A DNA stretch of 58,843 nt, filler included, from Porpidia crustulata (Eukaryota), in assembly GCA_964255105.1 (NCBI GenBank). It is 10 parts of 10 records of this genome, joined end to end, with 100 filler letters (N's around TTAATTAATTAA, not from the genome) between each part and the next. Parts side by side here need not be neighbours in the genome. Positions count along the whole stretch, not along the records: positions 47,200 to 52,973 come from CAXUWE010001702.1; positions 53,074 to 58,843 come from CAXUWE010001703.1; 8 more parts are not named here. The stretch is one strand, 5' to 3'. Each line of letters opens with the position of its first letter. Position 1 is the first letter of the stretch. The position numbers and the translations under genes were made by a program. This document shows, one piece after another, positions 48,824 to 58,843 of this stretch. The notes beneath the pieces were generated by a model. It did no database searches. It saw only the letters and a program-made list of their open reading frames with translations, and was not told the origin of the DNA.

Positions 48824-50939
48824 ATGCTTGCAGAAACTTTGTGGCATGTCGGCTCCTTAACCGTGCAATTGCGGTGGTATATTCTGGAATGCCTTTTTGC
48901 CGCGGTGGTGATCCAGGACTTGTTCAATGTAGGCTGGATGTACTGGATCAAACCCGTAAGGATCCTTTCTGGTGCGTGACTTCAAAGGCTGAAAGCAAGA
49001 CAGCGTCACTTGTCGATTCATGGTCCATCAATGCTTTTTGGCAAATGGTGGAGTAGTTTATGGTTTATACTCCGGGCACCGCAGACCATTCACGAAGGTT
49101 ACAGCAAGGCTAGTCCGATGATGCAATCAAATGAATTAAGCTGAGAGAAAAAAGTCAGCACCAAATCCATATGCTATACCCGCGCGAGAAGGTTATCTGG
49201 TCTTCGTGACATCAGAGGATCAAATAAGGGAGGTTGAAAACAGTCCCATTGATCAACTTTCATTTCACGAAGCCATGGAAGAGGTATTGAAGTAGTTCCT
49301 CTCCGCACAATGACGAGCGATCACTGAAATTCATCATCTAGAGGCTCAAAGTGAGATCAATTTTTGCAGGCTTCAAGCTCGGTCCAATCGACCCACACGA
49401 CTCCGTGCCTATTAGAGTCTTGAAGACGTTGGTCCGGTCAAACATTCCCGAACTGCGTCCAAGAATTCAAACAGCGATTGAGGACACATTCAAGAACTGC
49501 GTGGAGAATTCAAGTCGACTGTCAAACGGTAATTACGACCAAAAATTTAGAGTATCACTAAGAGCATACAGGTTGGAAAGAAGTCGATTTATTCCATCTG
49601 ATGGAAGAAGTGAGCTTGCAAGTCAATTGCAGGGTCATATTCGGTGAGCGCCTGTGTAAGTGCCAACAAAATTTTGTTCGCTCAATCAGCTGAGCGACAC
49701 AGCAAGAAATGGGCGTTTCATAGAGGCTGCCAGAGGATATCACCAGCGTGGAGTAGCAGCTATGCTTATATCTCCCTACTCTCCTCGCTGGATGGACAAG
49801 TCAGAAACCTCATCAAAGGCTCTTGTGGCTCTGCTGATCCTCCAAGGTTTCTGCCGTCGGCTATCATGACGTCCGGAGGTGCCATGAAACAGCTTATCAA
49901 TGTCATCAGAGAAGAAGTAGAAGGACGGCTCCAGAGTATGGTTGACGAGAAAGAAGATTCCTCGGTGCGTGTGATTGCGAACGGATTTCCCTCCAGCACG
50001 ACTGACGTTTACTAGGAGGATGTCATCACTTGGGTCATAAAGGCTTCTACCACAAGAGACCAGCAAGCAGTGCCAAGACTGACTCAACAGATCGTTGCAA
50101 TCTTTTTCGCTTCTGCTCACCAGTTGCCGATGGTAAGAGGTCACGGAAAGGCAATATTCTGACGAACAAGCTGACTTTTAGCGCAAAAGCTTCTCATGTT
50201 TTCTGTATACAGACTATGTCAGCATCCGCAGTTCTTGCAGCCCCTTGTTGACGAGGCTGAGGCTATGCTCTCACGGCCCTTGACCGAGCATTTCAAAAAC
50301 TTGGCATTGCTGGAAAGCTTTCTCTGCGAGGCATCTCGACTCGATCCTCTAGACTCGTGTAAGAGCCTCCTCGCGTTAACTGGCAGGCTCTGATCTCGAA
50401 CAAGCTGACAAGGTCTCGGCGTAGTGTCCGTGCAACGAAAGGTTCTGAGAGACTTCAAGTTCTCTGACGGAACATATGTTCCTGCTGGCAATACCATTTG
50501 CGTCCCCCAGCAAGCAGTCATGCGCGATCGGGCTTTTTATGAACACCCAGATGAATTCAGACCATTTCGCTTCGTCGGGAAAAATTCGGGCAGACAAGGG
50601 CTCGCGATACGAAAGTATACTGACTTGAAACCCAACTATTTCGTATGGGGTACGACTGCACAGCCATGGTGAGTGCGAATCCTACAGTATTGCGTTCCCG
50701 CGTCTCCCAGTAAAGAGCCATGATTCTGACACGGATGAAGTCCTGGAAGATGGTTCGCTTCTGCGGTCATGCAGCAAGTGTTTGTGCACCTTCTCACCAG
50801 ATTCAATTTCAAGCTGCCTGATCCAAAAGCCGATCTGACCTTCACATATACGACAATTGTATTTCCAAGACCGGGACTCAAAATACTGTTCGAACATCGC
50901 AACAGTGGTGAGGTAGCTCCGCTGGAAGCGACCGAGTAA
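48824..50939 (+). CDS. Cytochrome P450 monooxygenase (secondary-metabolism type, about 10 introns)
   Basis: N-terminal anchor MLAETLWH..., I-helix FFASAHQLPM, ExxR (ESFLCEASR), HPDEFRPFRF and heme motif WGTTAQPC|PGRWFA. The frame can be traced through all exons to TAA at 50937-50939. Confidence 0.88.
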
Positions 50940-51833
50940 AGAGTCGGCCTGATCTTGCGTGAAAGAACAATTTACGCTCAACTGAAGGCCTTGCGCTCAT
51001 TAGTCTAGTCTTCCCAGGATTTTGCACCACAGGTGTATGGAGAACCAAACGCGACGTGAAATTTATTCCGTAACGACTGATCGATGTCATTCGGAGCAAA
51101 AATGGGCGACAACCGGTTGACCATGTTGCCAGTTCTTTTATCTCTTCACCCGGATAGACGTGGTTTGATCTCCATTTTTTGCGGTAGCTAAATCCACAGC
51201 GCCTCCTTCCGCAAGACATTTTTGTGTTGCAGACGACACCCTTGACGATCGGTCTTCGCCGCGGCTTGGGAATCTTGCCCATGCCCTACAATGATGAGTT
51301 GATTGTAGTCAAGGGCTTGTGAATCTCATTCACCGAAATATGGTCCGTCTAATTCACCTAGAAGCGACCTATCAAGGGACATCTGTAAATGCCAGAGCTT
51401 TGCCGCTTTCAAAAATGCTATGATAAACGTAATTGTAGCTTTTCCTATAGCAGTTGAGGAAGGACCTAGATTCGTAACTGAGGCAATCAAAACTGTTGCC
51501 CATGGTTGTTTGTTAAACGCGGTCTCTGAGGAATCAGTGGCTGCAACTCGATCCATCGCGTGTATGTATGCGTGCTGGGACTCAGTAGCCCTCTCTAGTT
51601 CAACGACGCACCTTTGTTGTAGATTTATAAAGGCTTAGTAGAAGTAGCTGCAGGATGGAGCAGGCCGTGCCACATCCAGCTTTTAAATGCGACAACATAG
51701 CCCCCCAATTCTTGGCCATTGCTTTTTCTCCATTCCTCGCTCCTTTGGTTCCTCCAAATATTCCTCTATTCGATATCATCTACTGATACGTAGTCTTCGC
51801 TCTTTCGTTATTTCCAGTGCACCAGACCGTACA

Positions 51834-52349
51834 ATGACACCATCGAGTTCATCAGCCCAGCCACCCTCGCTACTCGACCGGAAGTCAGACATCGTTTGGA
51901 TCGCGCTTCTGATCTTCGAAATCTTCCTGGCCGTCACGCTGGATTTTGTCCCTTACTACCCGCTTGGTTCTTGGCTGCGGACGAATCCGTTCCATGAATA
52001 CTACGTCACGACATACAACGATCCCCTCTACACGGAGAATCCCACATTCTGGCAAGTCTACGTTGCAGTCGAGCTTGTCTTCTCCATGCCCATGGCCACA
52101 TGGGGGATCCAGGGTCTGACCAAAGGCGACGACAGTCGGATTATTCACCTCCTCGTTCTAGCGACGCATGTCGTCTCGTCGTGTATTGTGTGCATTGCCG
52201 AGATCTGGTCGGCGGATGGATGGTCCGTTCGGCGCATGCACCCTTGTCTCCCCGGACATTTCGCCCATCTTTTCGTCTGGGTCGTCTTCTGGCTCGACTT
52301 GTTCGGACGACTGAAACGGAAATTTGCGGCGAAGGCGAAGAGAAGCTAG
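51834..52349 (+). CDS. EXPERA/TMEM97 (Ema19-like) membrane protein
   Basis: Hydrophobic helices with LDFVPYYP, YYVTTYNDPL and VELVFSMP, plus a basic C-terminal tail (KAKRS). Confidence 0.72.
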   Translation: MTPSSSSAQPPSLLDRKSDIVWIALLIFEIFLAVTLDFVPYYPLGSWLRTNPFHEYYVTTYNDPLYTENPTFWQVYVAVELVFSMPMATWGIQGLTKGDDSRIIHLLVLATHVVSSCIVCIAEIWSADGWSVRRMHPCLPGHFAHLFVWVVFWLDLFGRLKRKFAAKAKRS

Positions 52350-52568
52350 TTCGCGAGCCGCCTTGCATTGGCAGTCCTACAAGGGGCGACGTACAACTCC
52401 TTGCCTGTTCGTGGGGAGGATTCAGACCTCACACTTTGCAATCACGGCGGCATACTCTAAATAGAAGCTTGAAGCTTCGGACCTCGGCGCCGGTGGAAGA
52501 CCGGGTAGTCATTCAGTGGGGCTCGGGTTTGGACTCGAATTAGCCATATTCTAAGCAGATTATGACTA

Positions 52569-52714
52569 CTCGTTCCCACCCCCAAACGGTCCGCACCCCC
52601 AAACAGTCCGCCCTACCTAGGGTTAGGGCTGCAGCGTAGGGTTAGGGTTATATTGACTAATCTTAATTAGCGCGGACCGTTTGGGGGTGCGGACCGTTTG
52701 GGGGTGGGAACGAG
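52569..52714. mobile_element. 146-bp pogo/Fot1-like MITE
   Basis: 43-bp TIRs (42/43 identical), each with a tandem 18-bp subrepeat CACCCCCAAACGGTCCGC, and TA on both flanks. Confidence 0.85.
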
Positions 52715-52973
52715 TATGATCGACGGGTTGTAGAGAAAAGTTGACGGGGGGTAGAGAAATGATGATTGCCCGATTAAGAATAGTCTACCCCCGCTCAGCT
52801 CCGCTAAGAACAACGATGTCTTAGCTATATGCCTCTACCCGTCTACCAGCCTCCAGCCATCATGACCCCGATAACCGTAGATAACGTGATCTACCCCCTA
52901 GTTGGCCAAACCCTCTAATTGGCCAGCGCCCCTCACGAAAACACGACTTTCAATAAAACACCAAAATGCCACC

Positions 52974-53073
52974 NNNNNNNNNNNNNNNNNNNNNNNNNNN
53001 NNNNNNNNNNNNNNNNNTTAATTAATTAANNNNNNNNNNNNNNNNNNNNNNNNNNNNNNNNNNNNNNNNNNNN
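52974..53073. other. Artificial contig linker
   Basis: N44-TTAATTAATTAA-N44. Confidence 0.98.
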
Positions 53074-53109
53074 CCTCTCCACCATCAACTATAGATAATT
53101 TCCCATTCC

Positions 53110-53127
53110 AAAAAAAAAAAAAAAAAA
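53110..53127 (+). repeat. Poly(A) homopolymer, 18 nt
   Basis: Seen directly. Confidence 0.9.
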
Positions 53128-53794
53128 CCAAGCACAATGAATTTGGTTAGATATTACGAAGATTTTCGATTGAGTGGAGGGTGGTGGAGGGATATGAGGA
53201 GTTTGGGGTTGATGTGGGTTCAAAGCGAGGGTTGAAAGCTTCAAAAATGATGTTCAAAACCCTTCAAGAATAATTTAAAAACGATATTCATTTCATCTCA
53301 CCACCTACCAACCCTCCATCTATGGTATTTGCAAACAAAAAACCCGGGGAACAAACACCATCCCAGATGCAAGCGCAAAACTTATCGACAAAAACACCTC
53401 GCTTTCCCAACGCTATAATGACCCACTTTTGGCACCAACCCTGGCTTGCGAGAAACTCCAAGAGGGCCAGGCCAGGCCAGCCCGATGACGACTGTATTCA
53501 ACCAAGAAGTGTCAAGTGGTTGGTGAACCACTCACACGTATGTCCCAAAATGATGAAAACATCAATTTCCCTCACCGTTTGCGGGAGAACAACAAGGAAC
53601 AGACACTCGCAGCGTTCGATACACAGTGTAGCCAGGTCCAAGAGATGCGAGACTGGGAATTCAAAATCGGGCAAAATTCCGAGAAGGTGGTACATACGGT
53701 GTGAGGGGTGGACAGCGATACCGTAGATAGCTATTAGGGCCCGGCTTTGCTTTCCTCAAGCGCTTGATAGAACAACGACCTCCCGAGCTGACGA

Positions 53795-56700
53795 TCATCC
53801 ACCTTTCCTTTCGGCTTCTGTGGCTGGCAGGGGTTCGCCGTTGGTAAGCTGAGAGGTGCTATTCTTCGACTTGTGCTTTTTTGATTTTTTCGACGGTTGC
53901 TGCCATCCGTTATTCTGTCGTTGTGTTGCCGTCCCGGGAGTGTCCGCCATGAGAGGAGGGACCCCGTTTGGTTTCGGTATCAAAACGTCGGACTGCCTCT
54001 GTTTCCCATTTGTTCCTTTCGAGAATGGAGGGATATGGAGTTCCAGAGGGCCAGTAAAGCGGCCCGAGGGTTGTCCCGAAACAATACCGTTCGGCCGTCT
54101 ACTCGCCAAAGGCGATGGTGTTCTCACCTCACGTACCGGGGAAAGCAACGGAGCAGGTTGCAAAGGCTTCTCAGTCTGAGCTTTGACGTTATCTGTCTTG
54201 ACGTCCTGCTTACGATTCGCGCCTGTATTACGAAGGTTCTCCTGTGTGGCCACTTTTTCCGAGTCGGAACCCCGACGCCTGGTGCTACCGTTGTCGAGTT
54301 GAATTCCCAGTCCGTTTACAGGTTTTGTTTGCGTCTCCAAGTAAGCCTTTGGCGTTTTTTCTTGCGGATTGGCGCTGAGGTGGCTCTTGTTGAATTGCAC
54401 CAAGCTCTCCATATTGATATCTCCATTTCCATCTATAACATGGCTCATATATGGCATCGGGTGCACATGCGAAGGAACATGACTAATGTCAGGCGTATAT
54501 GGAGTCTCGGCAAAAGTGATTGGCGCACCGTATGAGTGGTTATCTGAGCCTGATGTGGTCTCGCTTGTAGTCGTGGTCAAAGACTCAGACTCAACCACTG
54601 CCGGATAGTCACTCGTGCCCCATCCATCTGACCCGTCTACTATTATAGGTCCAGAAGTGCGGATCGAAGCATTTGAAGCGTGAGGCCTTTCTCTTTGTAC
54701 AGGTCCACCTGGGGCAGAAGCTGCCGACCGTACGCTGTAAGATCGGTCTCGGAATGGCATTGTGGGTGAAGGCGACGGAGAGCGCGAATGATGTCTTAAT
54801 CTGTTAAAACCTGGCGGCAAAGTCCTATAACGATGAGAAAGATCGTTGTACGCTGGCATTCGTGCCATAGCTGGGTCGTCACGAAAAGGTCGAGACTCCG
54901 GGGAGTAATGCACGTAGTAACCCACGTACTCCTTTGGTAAGGTCTCTTCCCGTTGGGAGTCAACCATTGGTGGTCTGCGATGTGCATAATCATGAAGTCT
55001 CTGACGATTTGGTGCCATATCAACAGGGTTGTAGAGTGGTTGCTGATAGAGCTGTTGGTATTGCTGAATCGCATTACCGTTGAGAGGAAAAGGTTGGAGG
55101 GTTTGGACAGCTGCGCTACCGAATGGTATGGGTCGAGCGGGCTGGGAATGAGATCTCAGGCTTGCATTTGAATAAGTGCTTGCTGCAGACGATCTCTGGC
55201 CCGTACGTCTTACTTCTGGTTGCGCAGGTTTCATGGAAGGAGAAGGTGGATTGGTGTGTACGCTTGGATATGGTATACCAGGCACAGAAGGGTAGGAAAA
55301 AGGATGGAAGTTTCCGTTCCGTAGAGGAGCCGTCAAAGGCGGTTGATGAAGCATTGCCGTATGGTTTAGGTTCTCTCTGGCTGTTTGGTGGGTTAAAGGT
55401 GTGACTGGTTGTGGAACCTGGGCTTGTGCCTGTGCCTGAGCGTGCAATTGCGCTTGGGCTTGCAACAAACGTAGTTCATGCTCCTGGGCCTGCAGAATCT
55501 GATACTCATTGAATAGCTGGTCGTGTAGCTGAAGCTGTTCGTAGTGAGCGCGTAATGGATGGTCTCGGCCAACAGATCCAGGCACACCAAGCTGGGGGCC
55601 AACGTATCTTCCAGGCGCAGCAGCACTCGAAGCCCGTCGACCCTGCTCCCTGGCGCGAGTTTGATTTTGTGTGTTTCTACCTCCTCGATTGCTCAAGCCT
55701 CCTCGACCTCCACGTCCGCTTTGTGATTGACTCCGAGATCGAGTAATGGTAAGTGGTGGTTTCGGTAATCGTTTTTCCCACGCTCTCTCTTCAATTTCTG
55801 GGTAGTCGTACTGTTCCATGCATTCCTCGAATTTGGACTCAGAGATCAAGTCGAAAGCACGCCTTAGCTCCATATGTACGCCGCGGAACGAGATGTCATC
55901 GGTGGTATTACCCAGATTCCTTTCGGTATTGAAAGGCTCCTCGACACACAAACGGTTATTTTGCATCAAATGCCAACCTTTTGCTTGTTTGGAGATAAGT
56001 TGGCCTTCACGTACCGACACAACGTTTCGCTCATAATCTATTTCGTACGCATATCGTCTGAAGAAATGGAATAGAAGATCTCCTAATGTCTCCTTGTTTT
56101 TGTGGCCCCAGCCACGAAGCGTGATGAGATCGTCGGCGAACGAGGATGGAGTACCGTTTCTTCCAATAAGCCGCTGATGGGGCCTTCTATGGAGGCAGGG
56201 CAACACAGGTGGAGATCGAGTCTGCAGAAAATTGAGAATCATGCAGATCCATGTGTACGAACTTAGTGTACCACCAAGGGCTAGGACAATGTTTCAGCAT
56301 CGGGATCACTCCTCGAAATAAGATTCTCCCAACCTACCAGCGTCGTTCAAGATTCGTTGTTTTGTCCAATGCTTGATGATCATCGCCAACGGCCGTACAC
56401 GTTCGTCAATTTCAACGTATGTCTTGATCATCCGTGTATTTTCCAGTGCCAGGGTATTATTGACGTTCATGTCGCAGGCAATTTCTAGTTCCGGATCCCA
56501 GACTTTGACTATCGGAACTTTAGCATGAGAAACGCAAACTACTCGTTCCATTCCGTCTAAATGAAGTCAGTTGGGGTGCACTGATCCGTTGAAAGTGAAA
56601 CACCTACGTTCTGCTAGTGCTTCAGCAAGTAAACATACTCGCTCAAGCTTTTTCAAGTGGGTGGTTATACAAATATCAACTGCCACGATTAGCATCTCGC

Positions 56701-57559
56701 TTCTGTGGGTATCCTTCTATCAATACTGACCATCCGAGTCGCTAGTGCAGAGCATGTTCCCCGAAGAGCCAAATACGTGAACCCTTATCTTATTCCCCGG
56801 CCATCGCTCATTCAAGATTTTTTCCAGCTTTTTGACGAACTTAGCCCTTCTGACTTCGCTTTCAGTAGACGGCAATATTCGGTCGTAAAGTTCTCTCATA
56901 TCCCCACTCAACTTATTCTCCTCCATGGGATTCAAATATTTCTTCGGTGCAGTCTTCGGTCTTTCCAGCAGGTCGCCACCAACAGAGTATGGTATACGCC
57001 TTCGCGAGAATGCCATCCCAGTCTCGTATTTACATCCTGCTGCCAAGGGTCCCGTGCCTCGCGACCGGAGATCGCTGTCTGACTCTGACTTCACGGATCT
57101 TGGCAAGCTATCCGGATCGGCTTTCTCAGGAGACGCTGAACGAGAGGTGGATGAGAGTTTTCTGCTCTGTCGGTAAGGCGTCGAGGGTAAGGAATTCGAA
57201 TGCTGGTTAACTAAACCTGGTCGAGGAATCGAGGACATCTGCGCGGCGAGCTTGCTGAAATCCTCCGCATTTGACATCTTGCTGGTTCTCCCTCTTGTCA
57301 CCGATGGGCTACCACCTTCAATTGAATGTAATATTTGATTCCCATTGAAAGGTGTTCGCTCTGCGGCAGCCTGTGGAGTAGCCACCAATCTGCCAGGAGG
57401 AGACCCGACGCTGGGGAAGTTCTGTTTTGTTCTGTTTTGACACTCGCCCTCCCGAATATCCACCCTTATATTTGGTTCGGTAAATGTTTTTAGTAGTACC
57501 ATAGGCTGCTGTTTGCTCTGGAGGAACTCCTCCGCGTCCGAAGTATGCCCGATGACCAT
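53795..57559 (-). CDS. Non-canonical poly(A)/poly(U) polymerase, Cid1/Cid13 family
   Basis: VFGSSGNMLCTSDSD|VDICI nucleotidyltransferase motif, AKVPIVK, CDMNVNN, GGTLSSY and LCVEEPFN (PAP-associated domain), then a long disordered C-terminus. Three GT-AG introns. Start may lie further downstream (MSNAEDF). Confidence 0.9.
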
Positions 57560-58843
57560 GCGATACAAACGTGTCTTTTTGAGTGTCAATACTGGGAATC
57601 TTAGGGTCGGCGAGCGATGAGCTTCGTGGAACAGGGAGCTCGTAGAGAGAAGCCGACTTCTGTAGCATTCGTATCAGAGGAAGATTATTGATGCGGAGCA
57701 CGAAGCACTTGTTCACCCCCGTAGGGTCCTGCGAAGCGGAGGCTCTTGACGGATTGCTGAGGAAAGCGCGAGGCATCCGTCCCTGGCTCGAAGAAGTACT
57801 AGCAAGGACGATGGGAATAGAACGTCAATATTTCGTTTCCAACAAACTGGAATCGGATCGGTAGTAGGAGGACGATTGTCATGTATTGGTACTTTACAAA
57901 AGGGCACTAGTATGAAGCCGTGGCGAATCATTGGTGATGCTGACTTAGACTGCCTTCTCCGTGCTCACTTATTCCTCTACTACGCACAAGGCTGTCCCAT
58001 AGAGGGCAGGACAGCACGGTTCCTGAATGCTTTCTACTACTGTGACATCTCGCCGCATATTTCACAGCCTTGACACTGGAGTGCCTTCTATAACCAATGG
58101 TTCGCGCAGTATCTACCGCTACGGCTGGCAAACATTGGATATTTAATTTGGGGTGGCCTGGACGCGCGAGAAAGTGCCTTCTGAGAGCATTTATCTGTAC
58201 CTAGATGAACATGGCTCTTTGATCATATTGACGTGCACAGCGACGTTATGATCGTAAGGCTGACGAAAGGGCGGAGACCTGGCAGTAGATGGAGCACAAA
58301 CAATTACTGGTCGAAATCCTGAGGCGTCTGAGCCCTGGATCTGCGTACTCCGTGCCCCTATTTCGGAGAAGGCGAAGTCACTGGTAACAGATCTTGTCTA
58401 TTCGAACATGCATGGTAGCAAATTTCGAAATCAGGCGATGGGCTGTGCCACAGGAATTCAATCCCCAGCGCTTCGTTCTTTACCGTTCATTTTCGGGTTC
58501 CACCACGCCACCTGCATCAGTTTTCACGGAAGAAATTGTACTGGGCTTTAGGAAAGCACCTTGCTTTTGTCCCAACATCGTCCGGGTTAAAATGCATGGG
58601 ATTCAGAGACGTATTTCACCAGAGCTTCATGCTCCAAGTAAACCCAGAGATCACTAACACTAATGATGTGCACGCCAAGACGAATTGAATTGTTATCAAC
58701 TGAGTACCTAGGTACCTAAGGTGGCTAGCTGACAGGTCGTGCCGGTGTATTTCAAATGCAGGATCTAAGCTGCTGTAGTCCGTACGCCTTACTCACCTTA
58801 TTAATAGGTATCGTCCATATTCATATTCCTCGCAGTAACCCCC

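Noticed and set aside
49109..49158. Possible fourth GC-AG intron in the P450 (GCTAGT...AAG, 49109-49154)
   Set aside because: An equally in-frame GT-AG solution exists (49113-49158), so it was not counted.
52616..52651. TTAGGG units as a true telomere
   Set aside because: Only a few interrupted units, located inside a MITE.

Overview
Filamentous ascomycete (Pezizomycotina; lichen-fungus-like by inference) nuclear DNA. The window is not one locus. It is ten unrelated contigs of about 5.8 kb (5820, 5815, 5808, 5796, 5795, 5795, 5790, 5780, 5774, 5770 bp, sorted by length) joined by artificial 100-bp N44-TTAATTAATTAA-N44 linkers. It holds 25 CDS calls, mostly intron-containing housekeeping genes: TAF8, an XRCC2-like Rad51 paralogue, an SDR, VNX1, RPT6, HymA/Mo25, RMT3, a GH55 glucanase, an Egt2-like lyase, PRS, RPS6, AMA1, a DnaJ, a thioesterase, a pseudouridine synthase, SIR2, a FUSC-like membrane protein and Cid13. 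There are also three secreted proteins, a P450 next to an EXPERA protein, a nested LTR-retrotransposon relic and two MITEs. Main findings: (1) the meiotic APC/C activator AMA1 can only encode its conserved PFRVLDAP motif through a 50-nt AT-AC intron with U2-type signals; (2) three more genes need GC-AG introns, so about 4 of about 50 manually traced introns are non-GT-AG; (3) a copia relic shows an atypical CpC/CpT-targeted C-to-T (RIP-like) signature; (4) recurring strand-symmetric C-rich-then-G-rich skew islands cut across coding sequence and coincide with contig breaks. All gene models were traced by eye, not by database search.
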